A stretch of 64,000 nucleotides of DNA, taken from the NCBI GenBank assembly GCA_051002135.1, contig JBPCMQ010000009.1, positions 14,628 through 78,627 of the forward strand. Reading direction: 5' to 3'. This DNA is from Chloroflexota bacterium. GTDB lineage: Bacteria > Chloroflexota > UBA5177. The position numbers and the translations under genes were made by a program. Of this stretch, positions 1 to 9,686 are shown piece by piece (positions within the stretch are counted from its first letter, which is position 1; each line of letters begins with the position of its first letter). The notes under the pieces are model-generated. The model had not been told where the DNA came from, searched no databases, and was given only the letters and a program-made list of their open reading frames with translations.

Positions 1-581
1 GCCCGTGCAGCCGCGGGAAACGTGACCAGGGCTATCGTTCCGGCGGAAATCAGGAAGCTGATCGCATTGAAGCCGAAGGCCCATTGCGTTCCGAAAAAAG
101 CAATCAGTCCGCCGGCTACGGCTGAGCCGATAATCTGGACGAGCTGTGCCGTTGACCAGGCCACTGAGTTCGCTGCCAGCAGGTCCTCCCCTTGGACGAG
201 CGCGGGGATGCTGGCGGACAGTGCCGGCGTAAAGAACGTGCCGGCCAGGGCGAGGCAGAAGGCCAGGATGTACACCTGCCAGACAGCATTGGCAATGACC
301 AGGCCGGCGACCAGAGCCGCGCGCACCAGATCTGCCGCTATCAGGACCCGCTTTCGGGGGAATCGGTCAATGACCACACCGGCCAACGGGGCGGCCAGAA
401 TAGCCGGCACAACTTGAAAAAGGACGAGCGTTGAGAGCGCCAGGCCGGAGCCGGTGATCTTGTAGACGGAGACCACCAATGCGACGTAGTTGATCGTGTC
501 GCCCAGGTTTGATATGAGCTGACCGAGCCACACGGGGAAGTAGAGGGGATTCCGGACGACGCGGACGTAGTTGCTGAGCAT
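1..581 (-). CDS. MFS transporter (DHA3/EntS-like), 5' part, runs off the window
   Basis: Not in the ORF track. Manual translation from ATG at 581 gives MLSNYVRVVRNPLYFPVWLGQLISNLGDTINYVALV...PLAGVVIDRFPRKRVLIAADLVRA, containing MFS motif A (GxxxDRFPRK). Confidence 0.85.
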   Translation of the reverse strand, partial: MLSNYVRVVRNPLYFPVWLGQLISNLGDTINYVALVVSVYKITGSGLALSTLVLFQVVPAILAAPLAGVVIDRFPRKRVLIAADLVRAALVAGLVIANAVWQVYILAFCLALAGTFFTPALSASIPALVQGEDLLAANSVAWSTAQLVQIIGSAVAGGLIAFFGTQWAFGFNAISFLISAGTIALVTFPAAAR

Positions 582-692
582 TGCCTTAGGGTAGGCAATC
601 CAAAAATGATCGTCCGCGCGTCACAAACGGTCGCCTTCGAGGCAGCTAACGGGTAGTCCTCGTCAAGCAATGGTTCAAGGGCCCTCTTTACC

Positions 693-1257
693 CTATCCGC
701 CACACCCGTCGACGAGGCTGATCACGTTGGCCACCTGATGCGCCGTGAAGCGTCTATCCGCGATGAGATAGCGAGAGAGGCCGCGAAATGCGTCCCAGCG
801 CCAACACTGGCAGCAGCATGGGCCCTTTTTCCGGCGTCATCCGCATCGCGCGGTTGTAGGTCGCGTTCTGCGCGAATGTCAGGTGGATAGAGGTCTCGTA
901 GCGAAAGAGCTTCTTCGCTAGCGAGGCCTGGATGCTGTACGGGTCGACAGGAATCACCGAGATATGGCGATAGTCACCGAGGCCACGTATCTGCTGTTGG
1001 TAATGCGGCCAATCCATGGCGGAACAGCAGGACCCCTGAATCAGCGTGTGGTCTGGGTAGGTCATGACCATTGCCGGCTGGAGTCCGCAGTTGTTCGTGG
1101 TTTGCCTGTCAAGGAAGGCGAACCGAGCCTTCGTTCCAGCAACCGTCTGGGCGGCTGCCTTCATCGGTCCCGCCTGCCCGACGTTGCGGACGGCAGTTGC
1201 ACCCACGACCACCACGAGGCCGGCACACACTCCGGCAAGGATGCGCTTTAGTTTCAC
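693..1257 (-). CDS. Secreted Cys-rich hypothetical protein, frameshifted near 820
   Basis: N-terminal signal/TM and an SCCSAM motif. Removing one C from GGGCCCATGC continues the frame as GPCCCQCWRWDAFRGLSRYLIADRRFTAHQVANVISLVDGCGG to TAG at 693. Confidence 0.7.
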
Positions 1258-1287
1258 AGGTCAACACCTCATACAGATGAACCGACG

Positions 1288-1305
1288 TACTATGGCAAAA
1301 TAGTA
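1288..1305. promoter_or_regulatory. Putative BlaI/CopY-type operator TACTAT-N6-ATAGTA
   Basis: Perfect 6-6-6 palindrome in a divergent promoter region; a similar site lies at 2711-2728. Confidence 0.5.
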
Positions 1306-1378
1306 GCATTGATTCGGGCGGCACGCGCCAGATGTGGACATCTTTAATTATCGTTTCCTCCTGCGGCGCCCCGAACGG

Positions 1379-1993
1379 ATGACGGCCGTCTGGGCCTTAG
1401 CGCTGTATGCTCTCTACCTCCTGCTCCTCTTTGGCGTGCAGTCGATCGTGCAACTGGCAACGACGCAGTCGTCAGGGCGGGTGAAGGGAATCGGGCGGAC
1501 GCGGACGGAACAAGTAGCGAACCTGCTCTTCCTCGTCAGCCTGGGCCTCGATCTTGGTGGACCGGCCCTCGTCCTAACAGGCGTTCTCAGGCCCGTCAAG
1601 GTTGTCGACACATCTGTTCTGCACACCTCCGGATTCGTCATCTTTGGAGCCGCTCTCATCAGTGGAATCGTCGCACGGCAGACAATGGGAGGGGCTTGGC
1701 GAACAGGAATCGATCCCTCGTCCGCGACTCCGCTGGTGAGCCATGGCCTCTTTGCGGTGGTTCGAAACCCGGTGTATTCGAGCATGATTAGCACCTCAAT
1801 CGCCGTGGCTCTGCTCGTCCCGACCGTGATTGCTCCTCTTGCACCGGTTCTAAGGATCATCGGGCTCGAGATGCAGACGCGGCTGGTGGAGGAGCCGTTT
1901 CTCCTCCGCACGCACGGTCATACCTACCGGGAGTACGCGGAGCGCGTCGGACGCTTCCTGCCGTTGCTTGGCGAATGGACGCGTCACGGGTGA
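1379..1993 (+). CDS. Isoprenylcysteine carboxylmethyltransferase/PEMT family membrane protein
   Basis: Several TM segments; motifs LVSHGLFAVVRNPVY and EEPFL...YREYAERVGRFLP. Start could be 1334. Confidence 0.8.
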   Translation: MTAVWALALYALYLLLLFGVQSIVQLATTQSSGRVKGIGRTRTEQVANLLFLVSLGLDLGGPALVLTGVLRPVKVVDTSVLHTSGFVIFGAALISGIVARQTMGGAWRTGIDPSSATPLVSHGLFAVVRNPVYSSMISTSIAVALLVPTVIAPLAPVLRIIGLEMQTRLVEEPFLLRTHGHTYREYAERVGRFLPLLGEWTRHG

Positions 1994-2148
1994 ATTGGAA
2001 CGAATCGGTCCAGGACTTCGACCCCGACCGCGTACGTGCCGCGCCGGGACGGAGAACCGTGTACACGCTGTTAAGCAGGCACAGGTCCCCCGTCGAAGTA
2101 CAACTTCGGCAGTCTCTAGCCGGCACGGGAACGGCGACAGTGGGAGGT

Positions 2149-2673
2149 ATGCCCTGGTGGAAGACGGGTTGTTTGGGATTGGTTGTTGCTGTGGCGCTCG
2201 GCTCCTTCGTCTTCAATGCCCTTGAGGGTGGCGCGGGATTTGACGCGCCGATTGACGGCATGCAGTGCGGCGTCATGATGAATGGTTACCATGTCCACGC
2301 GCACCTCAGCCTGTTTGACTCCGGCCGGCGGGTCTTTCTCTACGGTGGTATCGGCTGGTCGCAGCGAAGCAAACGCTGGTACTGGTTGCACACCCACGAT
2401 GGAAGCGGCGTGATCCATGTGGAGGGTCCCGACAGTAGCTTTCAGCCGACGCTCGGCAAGTTCTTCGATGTATGGCACCAGCCGCTCTCTCGCAGTCGGA
2501 CACAGTTCCTTGACTACAAGGTCGGGCCGGGTCAAACCATGCGGGTCTACGTGAATCAGAAGCCATACCTGGGCAATTCACGCGATATTCAGCTTCGCGG
2601 GCACACGACCATCGCTCTGGAGATTGGCCCTCCATTTTCCGCTCCTCTCGGATACAACTTCGGAAGTCTCTGA
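2149..2673 (+). CDS. Secreted/membrane-anchored His-rich hypothetical protein
   Basis: N-terminal hydrophobic segment; YHVHAHL and YWLHTHDGSGVIHVE motifs suggest metal binding. Start uncertain (ORF open from 1975). Confidence 0.65.
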   Translation: MPWWKTGCLGLVVAVALGSFVFNALEGGAGFDAPIDGMQCGVMMNGYHVHAHLSLFDSGRRVFLYGGIGWSQRSKRWYWLHTHDGSGVIHVEGPDSSFQPTLGKFFDVWHQPLSRSRTQFLDYKVGPGQTMRVYVNQKPYLGNSRDIQLRGHTTIALEIGPPFSAPLGYNFGSL

Positions 2674-2710
2674 CGGCGGATGCGGCCGCGGCCGGCGCAG
2701 GAGACCATAC

Positions 2711-2728
2711 TACTATCGTACCGTCGTA
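2711..2728. promoter_or_regulatory. Putative autoregulatory operator TACTAT-N6-GTCGTA
   Basis: Imperfect palindrome about 40 bp upstream of the BlaI/CopY-family gene; same format as 1288-1305. Confidence 0.5.
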
Positions 2729-2769
2729 GCTATGACTCGGTTGCCGAAAAAGCTCAATGGGGGATCGGC

Positions 2770-3171
2770 ATGCATCATGAACGTGTGACACAGCTGGAGC
2801 GCGCTTTGGGTCTTGTGGGGCCGCTGGAAGGTCGTATCATGCGCGCGATCTGGACAGGGGCCGTGCCCGAACTGTTTGTTGTTCGGGACATTCTCACTCT
2901 GATGCCCGAATCTGCTTATACGACGCTGATGACCACTCTCAACCGGTTAGCCGGCAAGGGAATGCTCAAAGTAGATCACATCGAGCACAAACGGGCGCAC
3001 GTCTATCGGGCGACCGGCGGGCCGGAGGACTTTCTGGCTCACGCGAGTCGAGAACAGGTTAAGTCCGTGGTTGAGCGATTTGGAGAGGCGGCCATGGTGG
3101 CTTTCGCCGAACGCCTCAATGACTTGAGTCCCGAGCAACGTGATCATCTACGCGAGCTGGGACAGCGATGA
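2770..3171 (+). CDS. BlaI/MecI/CopY family transcriptional repressor
   Basis: GPLEGRIMRAIW...AYTTLMTTLNRLAGKGML...RAHVY winged-helix signature; overlaps the downstream M56 gene (ATGA). Confidence 0.9.
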   Translation: MHHERVTQLERALGLVGPLEGRIMRAIWTGAVPELFVVRDILTLMPESAYTTLMTTLNRLAGKGMLKVDHIEHKRAHVYRATGGPEDFLAHASREQVKSVVERFGEAAMVAFAERLNDLSPEQRDHLRELGQR

Positions 3172-3680
3172 AGTACAGGTGTGTCTGGGGCCTCTCCGGC
3201 ATCCTGTTGATAGCTTCCGTTTGCGCCGGGTGGATGAGGGAGACATGTTCGCAGTCGGGTCCGTGCATGTCGACCTTGTCTCAACCCGTGCTCTGGATCT
3301 CGACAAGTGTGGCAGCAGTACTGCTGCTATTAAGTGCGACCCTGGTTTCATGGTTGCTACGCGTGCCGTGGATCGTCGTGACGTCTGCGCGTGACGTGCG
3401 CCGACTGCCTCTAAGGGGCTTGCCGTTCGGACTCCAAGAGGCGGTCGAGCGCACTGGCGCTCGGCGCGTGCGATGCTGGATTGCGGATGTGCCCCTGGCC
3501 TTTTGCTCCGGCAGCGTACAGCCTGAGATCTTTGTGACCGACAGCTTAGTCACACATCTTCGCGCCTGTGAGCTGGATTCGGTCTTGGTGCACGAGATGC
3601 ATCACAGCCGGCGGCGCGCTATTCCGCGTGAGCGCATAGATGAACCCGGCTGCGGGCAACGCGGTAACCCAGGAGCGTAG
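3168..3680 (+). pseudogene. M56/M48-family (BlaR1-like) metallopeptidase, C-terminally truncated
   Basis: TM N-terminus, PLAFCSG..PEIFVT and LxHEMHH zinc motif. Similarity ends just after HEMHHSRRR and no other frame continues it. Confidence 0.65.
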
Positions 3681-3822
3681 TTAGCGTATGGCGATGAGAA
3701 GGGCAGTGGCCCGTCCGAATTCGCGGATCATCGAGAATGCTGTGCGCCTGACCTCATGCAGACACTCTCCAATTACCAGTTGCTGTGCCGCTGGGGATAG
3801 CCGGGTTTCGTAGGATTTCCAC

Positions 3823-6228
3823 ATGCCACACCGTAGCGTCCTCCCACTCCTGGTGACGGTCGTTCTGGCTCTGATGTTGGCCACCCCGCGCCTTGCCTTG
3901 GCGCACGCCCTTCTGCTGCGAGCAGACCCGCCACCTGACGTCCTTCTACGCACCGCACCTGCCCGTATCCACCTCTGGTTCAGTGAGGACCTGAATGGCT
4001 CGGCGTCCCGGGTCGTGGTTTGGGATCGGCATCGGACCGTCATGAACGCCCGCGGACCGGCCCTCGTGCCCGGTCACCCGCGAGAGCTGGAAGTTGCCCT
4101 CGAACGGCTGCCTCCGGGCTCGTACCTGGTGGTCTGGACATCGGTCTCGGCTGACGACGGTCACCTGTTGCGCGGATCGTACCTCTTCAGTGTCAAGGTT
4201 CGTGGTCCGGGGCCGTCACTGCCTGGGACTGCATCTAGTGGTGGCGGCCAGGGACTCCCGGACGCGGCGGGTCTCGGGGCCCTGTTTGCTCACTGGCTCG
4301 AGCTTCTCGCAGCCGTCGCATGGATTGGTTCCGCCGCGTTCTCTGCCTTTATCTTTCGCTCGTTTGCCGATCGGTGCGATCCGGTGATGGCGGGAATCGA
4401 GGAGCTCCGGCTGCGGCTGCTGCTGCGTGTATCCCTCGTCGTTCTTCTCAGCTCTTCCGTCGCGGATCTCGTGCTTCAGGCGTACTCCCTTGCGGGCGGA
4501 GATTGGGGTTCAGCCATTTCCACGACGACCATCAGAAGTATCTTCGGTGAACAATATGGGCAGCTCTGGCTTGGGCGACAGGCCCTTGGCCTCGTCGCTC
4601 TCGCGGCCACCTTTGCCACCTCGATAAGGGAGGACGAACCGCGCGGACGCGAGCTGGCAGTCGCTGCGGGCGAACGTGGCTCCGTCTCTCTCATCGCCCC
4701 GGTGCCGATCATCTTCGGCATCATCTACCTCTACCTGCTCGCGGCGAGCGGTCATGCCGCTTCGGTCAACGTCGGCACGATCGAGGGCAGCCACATGTAC
4801 TCTGCTGCCATATTCCTGGACTGGTTGCATCTCCTGGGCGTGGCTCTGTGGTTTGGGGGGCAGATCTATATCGCACTCGCCCTGATACCGGCACTACTCA
4901 CGTCGGGCGCATCTGGCGGCGACACGCCGCTCTTCCTCGAGATCCTCAACCGCTTTTCACCGGTGGCGTATTTGAGCGTCGCGCTCTTTTCGGTCTCAGG
5001 CACGTTCAACGGAGCGGTCCACATCCCCTCCTGGGACGCCTTCCTCGAGAGCGTTTACGGACGATCCCTCATCGTGAAAATTGGGTTGGTCGGCATCATG
5101 ATACTCGTCAGCATCTACACGGTGTACATTTTGCGCCCTCACCTTCGCAGAGCTCTGGCCGGCCCTGACCCTCATCTGGTCGTTGGAAGTCGTGGGGTGA
5201 AGAGACTGGTGTGGTGGCTCCGGGTGAATCCGGTTCTCGGCGCCGGCGTCCTCCTGGCGACCTCCGTTCTGTTCTTCTACCCGGTTCCCGCGACCCTGTC
5301 AGCTCGCGGGCAGCAGTGGAGCCAGGTCGCGTTGCCGGGGGTCACTATTCACTCTCTTGCGGTCGGTCATGATCATTCGGGGTTGGTATATGCCGGGACC
5401 GAGCAGGGCGTGTATCGACGTGCTCGCGGGGGGTGGCAGCGAGTGCTGGCGGCCCAGACAATCTGGAGTATTGATCTCGCCGCGGACGACCGATCACTCG
5501 TCGCCGGGGACGAGGCCGGCGACGTGTACGTCAGTTCGGACGGAGGACAGCGGTGGCGGCATTCTCTCGTGACCAACCAGGGCGTATACGCGGTGTCAAG
5601 CCGCCGGGGTAGTCCACGATGGGTCCTGGCGGGGGCCGGAGGCGGTCTGTACCTCAGCCGCGATGGTGGAGCGCGCTGGGAGCGGCGGCTACGGCTGCGC
5701 CAGAGCGGGGGCGCTGCTTTTGCATGGCTGCCTGGCAGCTCTCGCGTCGTCTTCGCTGGTGTCGTGGCCGGCGGGCCAGGTGGAAGTACGACGGTGTTCA
5801 TGAGCCGCGACGCCGGCGAAAGCTGGCACGTCTTTGGGCGGCGGCTGCAGAGCGGCGGTGGCGTCATGTCCCTGGCGTTCACGGCTCACGGCCAGGTTTT
5901 CGCTGGTACTATGGGACTGGCAGTGTGGAGAGCGTCCCTTGCACATGCGAGCTGGATACGGACGAGGGATGGGATGCCTCCCGGTAGCATCCATGGGGCC
6001 TCCCTGACGGTCGTTCCCGGTCGACCGGGAACTCTCTTTGTCGGCACACTGGGACAGGGTGTCTTTCGTACGACCGACGCCGGCAGGCACTGGAGCAACA
6101 TCTCAGAGGGGTTGCCGGCGGGTAATACGGCGATTGTGCTCTCGGTTCGGTACTCGCCTCTTCAGGACGCGCTCTATGCCGGCACAACCGACGGCGTGTA
6201 CAGACTGCAACCAGGGGAGAGAGACTAA
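3823..6228 (+). CDS. Copper resistance CopC-CopD fusion with C-terminal BNR/Asp-box beta-propeller
   Basis: Signal peptide then HALLLRADP and SADDGH (CopC); SGHAA and DWLHLLGVALWFGG (CopD); repeats SSDGGQRW, SRDGGARW, SRDAGESW, TTDAGRHW. Confidence 0.85.
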   Translation: MPHRSVLPLLVTVVLALMLATPRLALAHALLLRADPPPDVLLRTAPARIHLWFSEDLNGSASRVVVWDRHRTVMNARGPALVPGHPRELEVALERLPPGSYLVVWTSVSADDGHLLRGSYLFSVKVRGPGPSLPGTASSGGGQGLPDAAGLGALFAHWLELLAAVAWIGSAAFSAFIFRSFADRCDPVMAGIEELRLRLLLRVSLVVLLSSSVADLVLQAYSLAGGDWGSAISTTTIRSIFGEQYGQLWLGRQALGLVALAATFATSIREDEPRGRELAVAAGERGSVSLIAPVPIIFGIIYLYLLAASGHAASVNVGTIEGSHMYSAAIFLDWLHLLGVALWFGGQIYIALALIPALLTSGASGGDTPLFLEILNRFSPVAYLSVALFSVSGTFNGAVHIPSWDAFLESVYGRSLIVKIGLVGIMILVSIYTVYILRPHLRRALAGPDPHLVVGSRGVKRLVWWLRVNPVLGAGVLLATSVLFFYPVPATLSARGQQWSQVALPGVTIHSLAVGHDHSGLVYAGTEQGVYRRARGGWQRVLAAQTIWSIDLAADDRSLVAGDEAGDVYVSSDGGQRWRHSLVTNQGVYAVSSRRGSPRWVLAGAGGGLYLSRDGGARWERRLRLRQSGGAAFAWLPGSSRVVFAGVVAGGPGGSTTVFMSRDAGESWHVFGRRLQSGGGVMSLAFTAHGQVFAGTMGLAVWRASLAHASWIRTRDGMPPGSIHGASLTVVPGRPGTLFVGTLGQGVFRTTDAGRHWSNISEGLPAGNTAIVLSVRYSPLQDALYAGTTDGVYRLQPGERD

Positions 6229-6276
6229 ACGTCGTGTCAGGGGGAACAGAACGACAAAGGAGTGAGAAACCAGAGG

Positions 6277-7596
6277 TCAGGCTGGGGCCGGGACCGAGGT
6301 TGCAAGTAGGGGAAGCCTCCACAGAGCTCCACTTCTCGGCACGGCAACCACACCTTTCTCCGCTTCCATCTCGAAGTGACCAAAGTCCAGGACGTACAGC
6401 GATTGATCCAGCGGATCAACACGGATATCAATGGGACGCGAAAGGGGTGCGCCAACCACATGGTGCAGCGACCAGTCAGCCGGGTCGATGCGCGCCACAG
6501 ACCGGCCCACGCGGGGCCCCGCCGGTGCCGTCATGGGAGCTTCATCTCCAAAGAGTGCGACCAGGATCTGTCCGGACCACGCACCCCCAGGTATCACGGC
6601 GAATTTCACGGCGGCGACGTGAGGTGGGAACCGCAGAAGCGGCAGTTCGGGTGGCGGAAGCTGGTTATGATTCTCGAGGACAAACGTCGGCGCCGGCCCC
6701 CGCTCCGCGAGGTACTGAGCATGGGTAATGGAATCGCCCCCAATGAAGTCGGGCCAGCCATACCACGCGCCCGCATGCACCTCAAACAGGAGGTCCGGCG
6801 CATTGCCAACCGGCCGGCTGCCACGGTCGTCGGCCCCCTGATCGGTGACCAATAGCCGGCCGTCCGGTAAGAAGCCGAGTCCAAAGGCGTTGCGGATCCC
6901 CCAGGCCACGAGCTCGAGATCGCTTCCATCCGGGTTGCACCGCATGACCGCAGCGGTGCATGGTAGGCCGGCATGAACCATCTGACCTGGGGTCGTTGGC
7001 GTCCCGAATGGCATGAAGGCGCCGGTCCATGCTCGGTCATCCCGATCCTCTGTTAGCGGGTTTGGTGTTTCCGTGTTCACCCCGGCGAGGGTAACGTCAA
7101 TGCCGGGGATGTCATGCGCATGAGGAAGGCGACGCAGCCATCCCAACTCGTACGCGTCCAGACCGACGATTCCCGTGTTCGTCATCGATCCTTGGCTGAA
7201 GTACAGCTTGCCGTCACGACCGAAGGCAACCATGTTGGTGTGGTAGTTGCCCGGTCCCGGCAAGTGGTCGAGAATCACTGTCTGTTTACCGTCAAGGTCG
7301 AGCCGGCTTATGCGGGCGGGATGGCCTCCCTCCGAGACGTAGAGGCCCTGGTCGTGAAACGCGAGGCCGTTGACCGGTGGCCTCAGTCCTTCCATCAAGA
7401 GGGAACGCCGTCCATCACGATCGAGGCGCCAGATCCGGCCTCCTGGACGTGCTCCGCCGAAGGGTAACCCGGACTCCGCGATAAAAACCGTCCCGTTGGG
7501 ATCGACGGTCACGCTGGTGGGAAATGAGAGATCCCCGGCCACCTTCTGCAGCGTCTCGCTCGATACGAGGCGCGGCGAGCTCGGCTCTACCGGCAC
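6277..7596 (-). CDS. Glucose/sorbosone dehydrogenase-like (PQQ-dependent sugar dehydrogenase family) beta-propeller
   Basis: HTNMVAFGRDGKLYFSQG, AWGIRNAFGLGF, DQGADDRGSRP and YGWPD motifs; no signal peptide. Confidence 0.8.
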   Translation of the reverse strand: MPVEPSSPRLVSSETLQKVAGDLSFPTSVTVDPNGTVFIAESGLPFGGARPGGRIWRLDRDGRRSLLMEGLRPPVNGLAFHDQGLYVSEGGHPARISRLDLDGKQTVILDHLPGPGNYHTNMVAFGRDGKLYFSQGSMTNTGIVGLDAYELGWLRRLPHAHDIPGIDVTLAGVNTETPNPLTEDRDDRAWTGAFMPFGTPTTPGQMVHAGLPCTAAVMRCNPDGSDLELVAWGIRNAFGLGFLPDGRLLVTDQGADDRGSRPVGNAPDLLFEVHAGAWYGWPDFIGGDSITHAQYLAERGPAPTFVLENHNQLPPPELPLLRFPPHVAAVKFAVIPGGAWSGQILVALFGDEAPMTAPAGPRVGRSVARIDPADWSLHHVVGAPLSRPIDIRVDPLDQSLYVLDFGHFEMEAEKGVVAVPRSGALWRLPLLATSVPAPA

Positions 7597-7676
7597 CGCG
7601 CAGCCCGCGATCTAAGCGAGCTGATGGTGACAGTCGTCGATGTCATAGTGCAGCCCCATGATTCTCGCCGTCCGCT

Positions 7677-8579
7677 CTAGCCTTTCACGGAACCTGCCGT
7701 CAGGCCGGTGACGAAGTAGCGCTGAAGCGAAAAGAAGATGATCAAAGGTAGCACCATTGAAATAAATGCGGCTGCGGTCATGAGCTGCCACCCCTGGCCG
7801 TAGGCCCCGACGAGCGTTCGAACGACGACCGTCATGGGGGCCGTGGTCGGGCCGGAGAAGACAAGCGCAATGAGCAGGTCGTTCCACACCCACATGAACT
7901 GGAAGATGGCAACGGCCGCGATCGCCGGCGTCGTCAAGGGCAGCACGATGCTCAGGAAGGTCCTCCACTCGTTGGCCCCGTCGATGCGTGCCGACTCGAG
8001 CAGCTCGTAGGGGATGCCGGACATGAAGTTTCGCATGATGTAGATGGTGAGCGGCAGCCCGAAAGCCGTGTGCGCGACCCAGAGCGCCGGGTAGTTGCCG
8101 TTGATGCCAAAGGTGGTGAACAGGCGAAGCAACGGAATAAGCAGCATCTGGAGCGGGACGATCTGCAGCCCCACCAGGATCAGGAAGATGGTGTTGCGGA
8201 GAGGAAACCGCAGCCAGGCAAAGCCGTATGCCGCTCCCGCCCCGATGATGATTGGGAACAGGGTGGCGGGGATCGTGATGATGAGGCTGTTGATGAAAGC
8301 GCGCCCCATGCCGATGGATCCAGCTGCCTGCAGCACATTGTGATAGTTGTCCAGCGTGAACTGGTGTGGCTGCCAGAGGATGTTCCACCAGATGGAGGAA
8401 TCGATGTCCTGAATACTGCGCACCGACGTGAAAAGGAGGGTGAGTGTTGGAAGTAGCCAGATTGCGCTGATCAGGACGATGACGATGTGGATGGGGGTGC
8501 GGGTGTACCAGTGAGGCTTGTGGCCGACAACGTGCTCACTGGTTGCTGCCCGTGTGCCGGCAATTGCCTTGACGCTCAT
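7677..8579 (-). CDS. Carbohydrate ABC transporter permease (MalG/AglG-like)
   Basis: EAA loop ELLESARIDGA, WNDLL, C-terminal QRYFVTGLTAGSVKG. Confidence 0.95.
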   Translation of the reverse strand: MSVKAIAGTRAATSEHVVGHKPHWYTRTPIHIVIVLISAIWLLPTLTLLFTSVRSIQDIDSSIWWNILWQPHQFTLDNYHNVLQAAGSIGMGRAFINSLIITIPATLFPIIIGAGAAYGFAWLRFPLRNTIFLILVGLQIVPLQMLLIPLLRLFTTFGINGNYPALWVAHTAFGLPLTIYIMRNFMSGIPYELLESARIDGANEWRTFLSIVLPLTTPAIAAVAIFQFMWVWNDLLIALVFSGPTTAPMTVVVRTLVGAYGQGWQLMTAAAFISMVLPLIIFFSLQRYFVTGLTAGSVKG

Positions 8580-8594
8580 TGCTCCCTCTCCCTA

Positions 8595-9593
8595 CTACCG
8601 TGGTCCTTCGGATTGGAACCGTTTGATGTTGATCGCCATGACGGGGAGGACGGCGACGAGCAGGATGACGGCAATCGCGCTCCCGTACCCGGTGTTTGCG
8701 TTCTTGAAGGACTGGAAATACATTTCCACCGCAAGCACCTGGCTCGCTCCCGCCGGACCGCCACCCGTCATCGTATAGACGAGGTCGAAGATCTTCAGAA
8801 CACCAATCATCGTCAGCGTAATAATGACCGTAATTGTGGGCCACATGAGGGGTAGCGTGATCTTACGAAAGATCTGCAGCTCGGTCGCGCCGTCGATATG
8901 AGCGGCCTCATTGAGATCGGCCGGGATCGCCTTGACCGCCGCGGAGAGAATGATCACGGCGAAACCGAGGCCCATCCAGATCTGCGCGCCGAAAAGGGCG
9001 AAGTTCACGAAGCTGGTATTGCCCAGGAACGAAATGGCGGGTATATGCAACCAACCCAACATGGCGTTGATGGTGCCGACGTTCGGGTCGTCGGCGTACA
9101 TCAATCGCCAGATCACGCCGGAGGCAGTGGCCGAGATCGCCATGGGTATGAAGACGATCGACTTTGGTATCGTTTCGTAGCGAACTTTGTCGAACAGAAC
9201 GGCGAAGATGACACCCAGGACAACCGTGACCGGCGTCACGATCGCAAGCCAGAGCAGGTTGTTGATGATGTCCGTCTGGATCTGGGAGTCCGTGAATATG
9301 TCGGTGTAGTTGCTCCAGCCGGCGAAGACCTGCGGCGCGTTGAAACCGATGCCGGTAGTCTGTTGGAAGCTGAGGTAGATCGTCTTGATCGTCGGGTAGA
9401 CGATAAACAGGCCAATCAAGATGAGCGACGGGCCTACAAAGAGGAGTACGTTGATGTAGTTCGCCGGCTTGAACCCGCGCCGGCTAGGCTGAGCCTGTGC
9501 CGCGGCCACGACAGCCCCGGGAGCGATTGTGACGGAGCTGCTATTGGGTGGTGTTATCGCCGGCTGTGGTTGGGCCATCGGTAAGTCCTCCAC
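8595..9593 (-). CDS. Carbohydrate ABC transporter permease (MalF/AglF-like)
   Basis: EAAHIDGA loop, six TM segments, LKIFDLVYTMTGGGP. Confidence 0.95.
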   Translation of the reverse strand: MEDLPMAQPQPAITPPNSSSVTIAPGAVVAAAQAQPSRRGFKPANYINVLLFVGPSLILIGLFIVYPTIKTIYLSFQQTTGIGFNAPQVFAGWSNYTDIFTDSQIQTDIINNLLWLAIVTPVTVVLGVIFAVLFDKVRYETIPKSIVFIPMAISATASGVIWRLMYADDPNVGTINAMLGWLHIPAISFLGNTSFVNFALFGAQIWMGLGFAVIILSAAVKAIPADLNEAAHIDGATELQIFRKITLPLMWPTITVIITLTMIGVLKIFDLVYTMTGGGPAGASQVLAVEMYFQSFKNANTGYGSAIAVILLVAVLPVMAINIKRFQSEGPR

Positions 9594-9618
9594 GAGTCAG
9601 GGTCTCGGGCGTTGGAGG

Positions 9619-9671
9619 GCGGGCGCCGGACTCCCGTTGTCCGGACGCCCGCGGGAGCGCAAAAGCGCTCC
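9619..9671 (-). promoter_or_regulatory. Intercistronic GC-rich stem-loops after the solute-binding protein gene
   Basis: GCGGGCG-CCGGAC...GTCCGG-A-CGCCCGC and GGAGCGC-AAAA-GCGCTCC hairpins; such structures commonly stabilise SBP mRNA. Confidence 0.45.
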
Positions 9672-9686
9672 GTTGTCTCCAGTGTG

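Noticed and set aside
808-835. Programmed ribosomal frameshift at GAAAAAGGGCCC
   Set aside because: The required shift is +1 and similar 1-bp breaks occur in unrelated genes, so error is the simpler explanation.
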